NCBI GenBank assembly: GCA_937625935.1
Contig: OW569385.1
Location: 365,639-429,638 of the forward strand
From: Tetramitus jugosus
Lineage: Eukaryota; Protista; Heterolobosea
Length of the DNA stretch: 64,000 nucleotides
Direction: 5' to 3'
A model generated the notes under the pieces. That model had not been told where the DNA came from and did no database searches. It saw only the letters and a program-made list of their open reading frames with translations. The position numbers and the translations under genes were made by a program. The number at the start of each line of letters is the position of its first letter. The first letter of the stretch is position 1. Positions 21,260-31,866 of this stretch are shown here, one piece after another.

Positions 21260-22453
21260 ATGAACGATCCAACGACTCCCATCTCCAACCAATGCTCTTT
21301 CACCAACTACCAATATGCCGATAGCTTCTACGACATGTCCTACTCGGCCAACAATCCAATGAAAATGACTCCACAGCAGAATGAATTCTTTGACTTGGAT
21401 GAAGAATGCCCTGCTACACCAGGAACAGCCACCATGACCAAAGCATGCACTGAAATGATGTTTGATTTTGTTGGTTTGTTGAACTCCTCTGCTGATGATA
21501 CCTCATCTCCATCATCTCAATCCATGGATGCAAGTGAGGATCTCCAACCTACATCATCCACTCCACAGAATCCTCCCCCTACTGTTCAGGTTCATTCCAA
21601 TCCAGTGGTTCTAGCTCTTCCACCAAAAAAGTCTCAATCTAAAAAATTATCCATTCGTACTTGTGCTGCTTCTTCCACTCAGAATGGTGGTGCGAGTGCT
21701 CCTATTCGTCCTACTCCAGCCGCCACTTCCCTCTCTCCATCTATTACTCCGCCATGCGGACAATTTAGAAAGGAAAGCGACTACGGTAGGCCACAACTAG
21801 GCGGTACTCAACAACACACAACCTCATCATCATCCCATCTCACTTCACCAGTGATCCAGCAGCAACAGCAGCAGCAACGGCGCTCTCCAAGCTCCACCTG
21901 TGCTGGTGTAAAGAGCTTGTGTTCAGTGCCACTTCGCAGCGCAAGCAGCAGACGATCTGCTCACTCGCGTCATCTCAGCAGTGGCACCGTCGAGGGAGCC
22001 ATTGGCAAATCACCCTATGTGAGACCAGTGGATCACTCTTGTGTGACCTCTCAGGCCGTTTGCAAAATTTTGAATGGTGCGTTGACCAAGAGAGACGAAT
22101 TGATCAAACACAGAAGCTGTGGCACACCTCCATCTGCCACCTCTTCTCAGGTTTCATCCATGTTCTCCCATGGTGGTCGCACCAACAGTGATCATCACTA
22201 TTCGGATCAAAGTCTTGATGAAGGACTATCATCTGCCATGATGATGCTGGTGATGAGTGGTACGAGTACATCTCTGCCTACTTCACCTATTGGTACATCC
22301 AATCATCATCATCATGCTGGCAACAATAACAGCAATCACACAAGTGGTAATAACTCTAGAAAGAACATTTTGGCGAATCGGAGAGCAGCTGCCATGGCAA
22401 GAAGGTCCATGTCTCTCTCGGTTGTTACTTGTCAACATTCAATTGATGTCTAA
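21260..22453 (+). CDS. Ser/Pro/Thr-rich low-complexity hypothetical protein
   Basis: 397-aa ATG ORF with no recognised domain. Confidence 0.65.
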   Translation: MNDPTTPISNQCSFTNYQYADSFYDMSYSANNPMKMTPQQNEFFDLDEECPATPGTATMTKACTEMMFDFVGLLNSSADDTSSPSSQSMDASEDLQPTSSTPQNPPPTVQVHSNPVVLALPPKKSQSKKLSIRTCAASSTQNGGASAPIRPTPAATSLSPSITPPCGQFRKESDYGRPQLGGTQQHTTSSSSHLTSPVIQQQQQQQRRSPSSTCAGVKSLCSVPLRSASSRRSAHSRHLSSGTVEGAIGKSPYVRPVDHSCVTSQAVCKILNGALTKRDELIKHRSCGTPPSATSSQVSSMFSHGGRTNSDHHYSDQSLDEGLSSAMMMLVMSGTSTSLPTSPIGTSNHHHHAGNNNSNHTSGNNSRKNILANRRAAAMARRSMSLSVVTCQHSIDV

Positions 22454-23163
22454 TTGTTCATTATTATCTACTCGTCTTCCTGCAAAGGTATTTTTGATAG
22501 GTATGGAGGTCTAGTCACAACCATGATTATCAAACAACATGTGCCGGCAGTCGGGTAGATATGCTACAACAACGCATCAAGTGAAGACAAGTAGTAGTCT
22601 GGAGGGTCAATGGATCCGAGTTTCTTCAAGAGGGAGTTGTTGATGAACAACTCTTGTTTCTTTCAAGCCCTTCTTGGCCCTTCTTGCTTGTTTTCGCTGA
22701 TGTATTATTTCAGAGTGTTATTACTTGTGTGTGCGTTCACAGTGTACTGACAGAGTGAGTCAAATGACTCTTATGGGGAAGATTGTATCGTTCTGCATCG
22801 ATTAATGATGAACCAAAAGAAGAAGTGAAGGAGTCGGTAGTTGAATGGAGACTGGGAAAATCCATTCAAAGCTATCACTTGCCTGAACTCTCGTCATGAT
22901 GCAGTTACCAAATGGACTTGTTGTGTTTATGTCTCATTATTGGTTCTTTGATTGAATGAATGGTCTCATAGAACCACAGCTTAATTTACATGACTATCAA
23001 TTGAAATGCGAAAAAGAATAATGTATTGTCTACAATAGTGTTTGCATAAATTATTTACAGTTATTAATCATGACTCAGAGTTGCTCAAGTTATTAAGTCC
23101 TCTGAAGCATTAAGGTGAAATTCATACTTTTTACAAGTGTTTGGTGGCACCACAGTGCCCACC

Positions 23164-24102
23164 TTAATCATAGTAGTAATCAACAACAATTGGTTGTTCG
23201 TCTGTGTCTACTGCGGCGTTTATGCTCAATCGATTGCATGTCTCATTCATCTCGTATCCATAACCCATATGCACGTGACCAAAGCAATGAATTCTAACAT
23301 CGGACAACTGAGTAAGTCTGGAGCTCAGCTCAGGACAACCAAACTTTGAAACTCCATCGCGAACATTTCTTGGAGGAGTGTGCGTCATCAAGATGTGGGT
23401 ATTATCCGGAATCTGACGCCACTTTTCAGCCAATGCAACTTCACTTCGGTAGAACATTTTGTTATCCCAATACTTCATGTGGCTCTCGTGCTTTTGATAG
23501 CTCATATTCGGTACCCATGGTGTTCCATACACAACAATCTTATCATCCAATACAATGGATGAATCGTGCAGATAAGTTGCATTACTAAACAACTTTTGAA
23601 TTTCCGAGGGAGTCATATGTGCTATTCTCTCTTCGTGATTGCCACAAATGACATAAATGCCCATTTTGTACTTGTGCTTCACTCGACCCAGAAATTCATT
23701 GAATTTTCGAACTTCATCTACAGAGCCACAATCAGTCATATCCCCACAATGAAGAAGCACATCTCCTTCTGGCATCTCAAGGTGATCATGAGAGTTGTGG
23801 GAGTCACTCACAATTACGAAGCGAATTTTCTTCAGTTGACTCTTGGGTAAGTCTTTACAACGAGGTTCATGGAAGATATCTTGTTGGACAAAGATTGGCT
23901 CTCGCTTATTAAGAGCAGCAGAATTCCTTTCAAGTAAACGGGCCAAGGATGAACTTACGCGTGTAGAGTTATTCCCTCCGGAATTAGAAAGATTGGAGAT
24001 TGGGTTAGTTCCAACATGTGGTTTTGGGAAAGTATTGGTCATCGCAACAGCTGGTGGAGGTGGTGGAAGTTTGCTCATATTTGTGTTGTTGTTCAGCAGC
24101 AT
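23164..24102 (-). CDS. metallophosphoesterase (MPPED/239FB-like)
   Basis: VSDSH, LLHCGD, CGNHE, THTPP and HCFGHVH motifs. Confidence 0.92.
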   Translation of the reverse strand: MLLNNNTNMSKLPPPPPAVAMTNTFPKPHVGTNPISNLSNSGGNNSTRVSSSLARLLERNSAALNKREPIFVQQDIFHEPRCKDLPKSQLKKIRFVIVSDSHNSHDHLEMPEGDVLLHCGDMTDCGSVDEVRKFNEFLGRVKHKYKMGIYVICGNHEERIAHMTPSEIQKLFSNATYLHDSSIVLDDKIVVYGTPWVPNMSYQKHESHMKYWDNKMFYRSEVALAEKWRQIPDNTHILMTHTPPRNVRDGVSKFGCPELSSRLTQLSDVRIHCFGHVHMGYGYEMNETCNRLSINAAVDTDEQPIVVDYYYD

Positions 24103-24467
24103 TCAACAAGAACACCAAAGTGTCATTAAGTACCTCCAACAAAGCGAACCCACCTGGTTTTTTGAGTGACAGTTCTACAGATGTTCCAATCGACAGTTAC
24201 AACTAAAAATTACCGCCAAAAATGAACTGTTCCTGAATTTGCTCGAACGAAAAATGAGTCCACAACCACCGGTGAAGGAAAACGAGATCAACAAACCAAG
24301 TCAATCCCCACGTACACACAATAAAAAGTGTTTCAAAGGGACCTAACCAACCACCCACAAACAAACAACCTTTGTTCGCCGTTTCAAAAAAGCTAAAAGT
24401 GAAACATACGACAATCATCACAATACAAGCCTTAACCCTTAATTATTGACATCAATTTGTTGTTACA

Positions 24468-26444
24468 ATGAATTTATGTTTGGAAGATCTTGAGCCCATG
24501 GAAAAAGAGCTCACATGTGTGATTTGGTATGTTTTTTTTGTATGTCTTTCTCACACAACATTTTGACCCACTCACACCACCACCTATTATTCAAGCATGG
24601 AGATTTGGAAGGATCCAACTTCACTACCGTGCAGTCACACATTTTGCACAACATGTATCACTCAGAGCTTGCGTAACAAGTATGAGTGTCCTCTGTGTAA
24701 GCGTCATTTGACACGAAGAGAATTGAACAAGATGACTGTTTTGCGCAACGTTGCAGATGAATTTGAAAAGCTAAGAGATAAGTTAGAGGAGATGATTCAA
24801 GCCAAATTACGTGGTTCTGCGATAATTGGAGAAGCATCCATGGATCTCATTGTGCCATCTCCGTCCATTTCTTGTGCCCCGACGCCTATTCGACCACGCA
24901 CAGATCAAGAATTGGATGAGATGTATGATAAAGTTGAAAAACCAAACAATTCCAATGCGTCGTCCTCCATGTCTGGCTTGCCTGTGCAAGAAGAGGAACA
25001 AGACTCAATTACGGAGGGAGATGCCGATACAGAGTCTCCTCATTCGGTTGATCCCATCACTCCTCTCCAACAATCTCGGAGAAGGCGAAAGAAAAGATCT
25101 GATTCGGCATCTTCCGCCGTTGTCAGCGGAGGTGAAGCTAATGGAAGCAGCTCTAATAACATCTCTCCAAGTCCTACTTTCTCCTCTGGTAGTAGCAGAA
25201 GAGTCAAGAGAAGATCACCCAATGAGACACCAGGCAGCAGATCATCTCTGCACAGAACACCATCCTCTGTCATGTCCGTAAGTGATAGTGACAAGGAGAA
25301 TGAAGATTCATCATCCAGGATCAGTTCAAGAAGAATGAGGGAAGGCATTCTTGCTGTACAGAATAGTGATTCGGAGTATGATATGGAGACTTGTGTGCTG
25401 GAGTTGGAACGCAAGGAACAAACTGTACAGGCTGTTGAAAGCGCCATGAAAGATATTTCAAACAGAGGAGTGACCGCCTTGTCATTTGAGGAACATCCCA
25501 TTCTAGAGTCTGCCCTCTTGTACAAAAATCAAGAGCTAGCTACAACACCTAAGCCTACGATTACCCACACATCTTCGTCTACTGGATCTAGCAGTACTTC
25601 TAAGAAAGGCAAAGTTGCTGTTTCATCCTCAAAGAAGCCTCAAAGCAGCAGAAAGAGGAAGACGCGCAGTGAAGACTCAGACTTTGTTCCTGATAGTTCC
25701 GAGGTGAAACGCAAAACAAGAACCATCAGGAAACGGAAACGTATTGTATACAAAGAGAGCTCTGATGCTGAAACAGAGGACAATTTTGAAGACGAAGAAG
25801 AACAAGAACAAAAATCATTTGTTCTATGTGCTACTGGATTAACTCCTGAGGAGCTCTCTAAGATGAAGGATATGGGCAAGGTGCTCAAAGCACGTGTAGT
25901 AGAGAAGATTAGCACCCAAGTCACACATGTTATTGCTGGATCAAACAAAGAAAACAGATCAAAGAGAACACTAAAATTTGCCTCCGGTGTGATATGTGGA
26001 GCTTGGATTGTGGGATATCAATGGGTGAAACAATGCCTGGAATATAAGCGTTTTGTGGAGGAAGCACCATTTGAAATTAGTGGTGATATGTATGGGTTGG
26101 GAGCTCCAAAGAAGGGCCGAGAAGCAAGGGAAAATGAAGCATCTGCCTTGTTTTCCGATATGACTGTATATGTACTAGGCGATTACGACGACGGAAAGCA
26201 CCCATCTCAACTAGAGTTAATTAATTTATGCCGGTGGGGAGGGGCAACAGCATACAAGAGCCCTCCAAAGAAGAATATCTCAGAGAAGAAGAATACCTTT
26301 GTTGTGGTGGATAAGCTACAAAATGAGGAATACTTGAAGCGCATCGAATCTGTCAGTGGGCTGAAACCTATTTATTTTACATGGCTACTCGAATGTGTCA
26401 GCCATTACAAGGTTCTCCATCCGGATAAGTATTACGCAGCATAA
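24468..26444 (+). CDS. BRCA1: BRCA1-like RING + tandem BRCT protein, 2 exons
   Basis: Intron 24527-24595 restores the RING ELTCVIC..CSHTFCTTC..CPLC. BRCT motifs TGLTPEE and RTLKFASGVICGAWIVGYQWV resemble BRCA1 SGLTPEE and RTLKY. Confidence 0.8.
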
Positions 26445-26472
26445 ATAGGAATAGTAAAGAAAGCTGGAATCA

Positions 26473-28083
26473 TCAGTTTTTGTCCTGTAGATTTTTAGAT
26501 TCGACCATTCTTGACACAGTCTCCAACTGTTTTCGCACATTGTCAATCTCTTCCGAGCATTGTGTGCATGTTGTCGATTGGGGACAATCGGTCCATTCCT
26601 GTCTTGATGATAGATATAATTGCTTGATTCGCTTAGCATTGTCAATGTCCTTGGCTTCACTCTCTCTGAATAATGTCATTGGAATACCAAGGAATAGAAC
26701 AGACAATAGAATGGCCCTCACATCCTCAGATGATGAGATGCCTGCGTTGAGAGAACGTGCTTTCGAACAACAAGTCTTCTTGCAATCCACTGCAGAGTTT
26801 GTCACATTCGTGCTATTGTTACCTCGAATATATTGAAACACTTCGGTCTTCTTAATCTGATAAAATAGATCACCCAATGCACTCATGTGCTCTTGATTCA
26901 ATGTCTCCTCTTGACCATCAGAAGTCACCTGGCTTCCATCACCGTTGTTAGAGGATTGATTCACGAGAGGTGACAGAGATGAGAATGGTTGAATAATGTT
27001 CGTGACATTGGTTTCCAATTGTTGCACAAACAACTTGACGAGATCAGTCAAATCAGTTGCATCACTCTCCAACAGGACTCGAACCACATGTCTAATATTC
27101 TCCACCAAGTCTTGCCACGAGTGTTTTGGATAAATTTGACAGAATGCAGGGTACAATGCCGAACGACAACTCTTACCTACTCTGTGCAGAACCAAGTAAC
27201 CTCTAGATTTGTTCGTCACTGGATCAACAGGCTTCAACGAATCAAACAATAGCTTCAAATCGACCCAATAGCACGGATATTTGAATCGAGCCGAGTCCAA
27301 CACGAGAGCTAGGTCTCTCTTTCGATGATATCCACCAATTGGTGAAAAATGACCAGTTCCTGTTTGCATGAGAACACTGCGATCAAACGACACGACAACA
27401 AATGGACCTGGTAATGCATTATTTTTGCTACTCATATTGTTCTCATCATCATCGTTTTCATCATTGTTATTATTGTCACCAGTTGGTGGCTCTTCCACAC
27501 AATTGTGTCTTCCACTCTGTTGCTTGGACACCTCTTCTGCCATTGAATGATCACCGCTATTTGTCATACTCTTCAAAATACATGCTCTAAAATGTTCCAA
27601 GCTCTTTTCTTCTTCTTTATCATTCTGTTTCTTCTTTTCTTCATTCAGATCATTTCCACCATCTTCAGCTCCACTACTACTACTACTATCATTTTCATCA
27701 CTCGTCTTCAATAAAGGTCTATATAGATCACAACGAACAGCATTACACTGAGCCAAACATTGAAACTCATCCAATGAAATGCCCTGCTTCTGCACAGTCT
27801 CCAACGGCACACAACAGTCCAACAATTCCTCAGCGTACCATCTCCAAGGTCCCTTCCAACGTCTATTAGGATCGAGACCAAGTGCATTCAGTACGGTAGC
27901 CAACGTGGACAATCCACAATACGCAGGCTCTTGTTGCGTATTCAATTGTTCAATCAAGGGGAAAAAGCCGTTCATGGTACCATCGAGCAGGGCCTCAGTA
28001 AAAATTTGTTTACCTTCCGTAGAGCAGAATGGAATGAGATGGGGTGGTAGTGGACGCTTGTAGAAGGATATGGGAGTGGACAT
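26473..28083 (-). CDS. PCS: phytochelatin synthase (glutathione gamma-glutamylcysteinyltransferase)
   Basis: Catalytic triad motifs QEPAYCGL, GTGHFSPIGGY and LVLDSARFKY, plus a Cys-containing C-terminal region. Confidence 0.95.
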   Translation of the reverse strand: MSTPISFYKRPLPPHLIPFCSTEGKQIFTEALLDGTMNGFFPLIEQLNTQQEPAYCGLSTLATVLNALGLDPNRRWKGPWRWYAEELLDCCVPLETVQKQGISLDEFQCLAQCNAVRCDLYRPLLKTSDENDSSSSSGAEDGGNDLNEEKKKQNDKEEEKSLEHFRACILKSMTNSGDHSMAEEVSKQQSGRHNCVEEPPTGDNNNNDENDDDENNMSSKNNALPGPFVVVSFDRSVLMQTGTGHFSPIGGYHRKRDLALVLDSARFKYPCYWVDLKLLFDSLKPVDPVTNKSRGYLVLHRVGKSCRSALYPAFCQIYPKHSWQDLVENIRHVVRVLLESDATDLTDLVKLFVQQLETNVTNIIQPFSSLSPLVNQSSNNGDGSQVTSDGQEETLNQEHMSALGDLFYQIKKTEVFQYIRGNNSTNVTNSAVDCKKTCCSKARSLNAGISSSEDVRAILLSVLFLGIPMTLFRESEAKDIDNAKRIKQLYLSSRQEWTDCPQSTTCTQCSEEIDNVRKQLETVSRMVESKNLQDKN

Positions 28084-28283
28084 CTTCTTGAGTTATTGGC
28101 TTTCTTCTTGGAAGCTTTTTAGCTCAATTTTGTTTTTTGGTTTGGTTGAGCTTAAAAAAAATCCGCAATAGACGGAGTTGTATTTTCCCTCCAAAAATCC
28201 AATCAAGAAATTGTGTTCCTCAATTTGCTCGAACAACTGCAAAGCAATCAAGAAGTAGCAAACAAACAACAATAGAGAGAAAC

Positions 28284-29147
28284 ATGAGTGGCGGTGGTGC
28301 ACCAAACACTATGAGAACACAGAGAATGATGCGTGAGCTTCAACTGCTCCAATCACCTCCACAAGGTATCCAAGCTTACCCCAAATCCACTAACAACAAC
28401 AACAACAATAGTAATAGTCATAACATGTTTGAACTAGAAGGTCTCATTCGTGGTGCAGCTGACACACCCTATGAAAATGGCATATTCAAGATGGATATAT
28501 CCATACCTGATCGATACCCTATTGAACCACCCAACATTCGCTTCGTCACACCCATCTATCATCCCAACATTGATGACAGAGGTAGAATTTGTCTCGATAT
28601 TTTGAATATGCCACCAAAGGGAGCATGGAAACCATCACTCAACATCTCTACGGTGCTTACATCGTTGTTGAGTCTGATGAGTGAACCGAATCCGGATGAT
28701 GGTCTCATGAGTAACATTACGGAGCAGTACAGGAACAGTAGGAGTCAGTTTGAGAGAGTAGCGAGAGAGTATACGAAAAAGTATGCCATGTCTGATGTGA
28801 TCAAGAGCAGTAAACAAGAACAAAAAAGTCAAGTGGACAGTGAGGATGAAGAGTCGTCTTCTGATGATGATGATGAATCGGATGGGGAGACTGAAAGCAA
28901 CAAGAAGGGCACTCATGGAGGAGTGAAGGAACAAGAAACTGTAGAAGGCAACGCAGCCGAATCTACGAGCACAATTACAGCAGAGAAAGCGGATCACTGC
29001 AGCGCGGCATCCCCTGGCGATCAGAATTATGGTGAAACCTCTGATGGGGCGCAGTCATCGACTGCAAAAACAAGCAAGCGAACGTTGTCTTTGAAGCGGA
29101 CATCCACGGCAAAGGACAGAGATGACGCCAAAAGAATAAAGTTGTGA
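28284..29147 (+). CDS. UBE2T: ubiquitin-conjugating enzyme E2 T
   Basis: HPNIDDRGRICLDILNMPPKGAWKPSLNI..VL..L..EPNPDDGL is the UBE2T-type signature, followed by an acidic/basic tail. Confidence 0.9.
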   Translation: MSGGGAPNTMRTQRMMRELQLLQSPPQGIQAYPKSTNNNNNNSNSHNMFELEGLIRGAADTPYENGIFKMDISIPDRYPIEPPNIRFVTPIYHPNIDDRGRICLDILNMPPKGAWKPSLNISTVLTSLLSLMSEPNPDDGLMSNITEQYRNSRSQFERVAREYTKKYAMSDVIKSSKQEQKSQVDSEDEESSSDDDDESDGETESNKKGTHGGVKEQETVEGNAAESTSTITAEKADHCSAASPGDQNYGETSDGAQSSTAKTSKRTLSLKRTSTAKDRDDAKRIKL

Positions 29148-29555
29148 AGGGAGTGAACAGTGCGCTCACCCGCAAAATGTGACGCTTTTGTCGTTCGGAT
29201 CTAATAATGATCGAAACTCCGTGTTTCAGTGCCCCAGCGGGCATGCAAACTCCCCGACGAATGTCGTCCTCACCCCAACCAACAAGGACTGCAAACCAAA
29301 AAATTTTTTTGCGTGGAAGAATTCAGCCCAATTCAATTTAATTTTTTTGTTTGTGTGTGTTGGCAAAAAACATCCTCAACAACAAACACACCAACACTGT
29401 GTACTCACAATCTCTTCTTCTCCACACACACATCCACAATAAAAAAATAACATCTCCACCATCATCTCATCATCCAATCCAACCAAACACCCACTCACTC
29501 ACAACATCAACCAACAGCTTTTTTTTTCTCGATCGAAATTCTTTTTTTTTTCGAC

Positions 29556-31847
29556 ATGTCCCTTCAACAGTCATCATCTCTCCACATTGACTTGAATGTT
29601 ACACCAACAACACCAACAACAACACCAACAACTACATCTACAGAAGAACAAATTGAATTGGACACCACAAGAAACAACTCAACAACAACAACTACACAAC
29701 CAACAGTAACACCAACAGCTACTCATCATCATCATCATCATCATTCACAAACAATAGTGGACGAACTGTCTCGTTTCATCGTTTACAACCACCCTCAAAA
29801 ACAAGACATTGTTCAACTCTCTCTCAAACACAAAATTCTCATCTTGTTTGTTCCACTTTTCATTCATGTCGACAACAACAACAACAACAACACGAGTGAA
29901 AATAATGAAAATAATGATGATGATGATGAACAATTGAAAAAAGTGATACAAAAAGCTCATGAGCGCAACGAACAACTCATGATCAAAATTTGTCAATTAT
30001 TTGTCAGAATGGTTCAACTCAACACGATACCCATTATTATTACAACAGTCATTGATGATCATTTTTTACATGAACAACAACAACAGCAACAGCAACAACC
30101 ATATTATCATCAACAATCAGAAGAAACTAGAAAACAAGTCATGAGTTGTTATCAAGCAAAAATTGATGAATTTTTCTGTGCCAACAGACAACAACAACAA
30201 CAACAACAGTCAAATCTTCCAATGAACCTTGTTGATGAACCGTTGAGTCAAGATACCACTTCTACCACTGACAATACTAATACTACTAATGCTGATAATA
30301 CTACTAATAATAATAATAATGAAATGAGTGCATATAATCAATGGTCACCTCTCATTTCTTCACTCTATCGTGTCTGTGATATTGCAGCTCTATATCCACA
30401 ACCACCACAACCACAACCACCTCCAACAACAACAACTACTACGACTACTACAGTACCTCAACAACAACAGCAAGTTCAAGAACAATCGCAACAACAACCA
30501 CAACAACCACAACAGGAAAGAGTGAGAAGAACGAGTCGAATTGGAAAATTCATTAAACGATGGTCCAATAGTATCACTAGTAGCAGTAATAGCAGTAATA
30601 GTAGTAGTAGTAGTAATAATGGTGATATGGAGAGTAGTAGTGGTGGTGGTGAACAACAATATTATCGACCGATTCGTCATCGACACTCTGTGCCCTATGG
30701 CACCATTGATTTTCAACAGTTGCAACATTTACAGTACCTCCATCATCAAAAAAAGCAACAATTTTTGCGACAACAACAACAAAAAAATCAACAACAACAA
30801 CAACAACAAAAAATTCATCAACAACAACAACAACAACAATTATTGTTGTTGTACAGTGGTGTCAATCAAACAAGAATCAATGAATTGTTGCAACTACCCA
30901 ATGATTTATTCCTATTGGACAATGGTATCGTCACTGCACACTCTTCTTCTCACTATTTGGATGATTCACAAGCATTGATGAAATTGTTGATTGGTAGTGG
31001 TAGTGCGAAAAGTGCTCATGGTGGTGCCAACAATGGTAGTGATCAAGAAACAAGGTGTAGTCTGGATCTGGGGTATGACACTGCTCAACAATTACAAGAT
31101 TTTTTCTTGTTGGCTCGTGCGTTGCTTGAACAACAGGGAACAGACATGTCGGTACCTAGTAGACAATCGATTGATGCGGGAGAGAAACTTGTGTCTCGGT
31201 TGATTCCTGGTAGGAGACGAATGAAGAGAGCCAGTTGTGATGTAGATGGTGCTAGTAGTAGTAGTAGTAGTAGTAACAGTGGTTATAATGGTAGTAGTCT
31301 CAGGCGTTACCATAGTAGTGGTAGTAGGAGTAGAGGTGATCGAAATAGTCTTGGTGCAGTGTGTTGTTTCCAGTCGGCCGATATGGATCAAGTGCACGCG
31401 AGAATGTTGGCAGCCAGACTCACGGTGGGCGACGTGTTGCAAGACAATACTCTGCGGCAGTACTTGAAACTCTTTTGTACAAATGATTTATCACTGGAGA
31501 ATATCATGTTCTATGAGGCAGTGAGAGTGTACAAGAAGGGCTTTGTGCGGTCATCTGACGAAGGAGAAGAAGACTTGGCCATACAAGAGGAAAATCGAGC
31601 CAATTTGGCCATTATGGCCGGTCAGATGATGCTCGTGTTCTTTGGAAAGGGATCCTGTAATGAATTGAACATTTCTGAGGCCCTGATCAATCAAACAAAG
31701 GAGAAGTTTGAGAAGAAGGGAGCAACCAAGACACTGTTCGATTCCGTGTGGTGCGTGATCCAATCTGATCAAATGAAAGCCACGTTCCTCAGATTCAGGA
31801 AGAGCCAAGAGTATGCAGATATGATTAACTACATGCTGCAACGATAA
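29556..31847 (+). CDS. RGS-domain protein with polyQ/N/T-expanded N-terminal region (possibly a degenerate AhpC/Trx-like domain)
   Basis: C-terminal VLQD..LRQYLKLFCTNDLSLENIMFYEAV...ELNIS...FLRFRKSQEY. Confidence 0.8.
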   Translation: MSLQQSSSLHIDLNVTPTTPTTTPTTTSTEEQIELDTTRNNSTTTTTQPTVTPTATHHHHHHHSQTIVDELSRFIVYNHPQKQDIVQLSLKHKILILFVPLFIHVDNNNNNNTSENNENNDDDDEQLKKVIQKAHERNEQLMIKICQLFVRMVQLNTIPIIITTVIDDHFLHEQQQQQQQQPYYHQQSEETRKQVMSCYQAKIDEFFCANRQQQQQQQSNLPMNLVDEPLSQDTTSTTDNTNTTNADNTTNNNNNEMSAYNQWSPLISSLYRVCDIAALYPQPPQPQPPPTTTTTTTTTVPQQQQQVQEQSQQQPQQPQQERVRRTSRIGKFIKRWSNSITSSSNSSNSSSSSNNGDMESSSGGGEQQYYRPIRHRHSVPYGTIDFQQLQHLQYLHHQKKQQFLRQQQQKNQQQQQQQKIHQQQQQQQLLLLYSGVNQTRINELLQLPNDLFLLDNGIVTAHSSSHYLDDSQALMKLLIGSGSAKSAHGGANNGSDQETRCSLDLGYDTAQQLQDFFLLARALLEQQGTDMSVPSRQSIDAGEKLVSRLIPGRRRMKRASCDVDGASSSSSSSNSGYNGSSLRRYHSSGSRSRGDRNSLGAVCCFQSADMDQVHARMLAARLTVGDVLQDNTLRQYLKLFCTNDLSLENIMFYEAVRVYKKGFVRSSDEGEEDLAIQEENRANLAIMAGQMMLVFFGKGSCNELNISEALINQTKEKFEKKGATKTLFDSVWCVIQSDQMKATFLRFRKSQEYADMINYMLQR

Positions 31848-31866
31848 AATTAAAGGTTTTACTTTT

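Noticed and set aside
29556-31330. CAA/AGT/CAT trinucleotide runs as a separate repeat element
   Set aside because: They encode in-frame homopolymer tracts, which are common across genes in this window.
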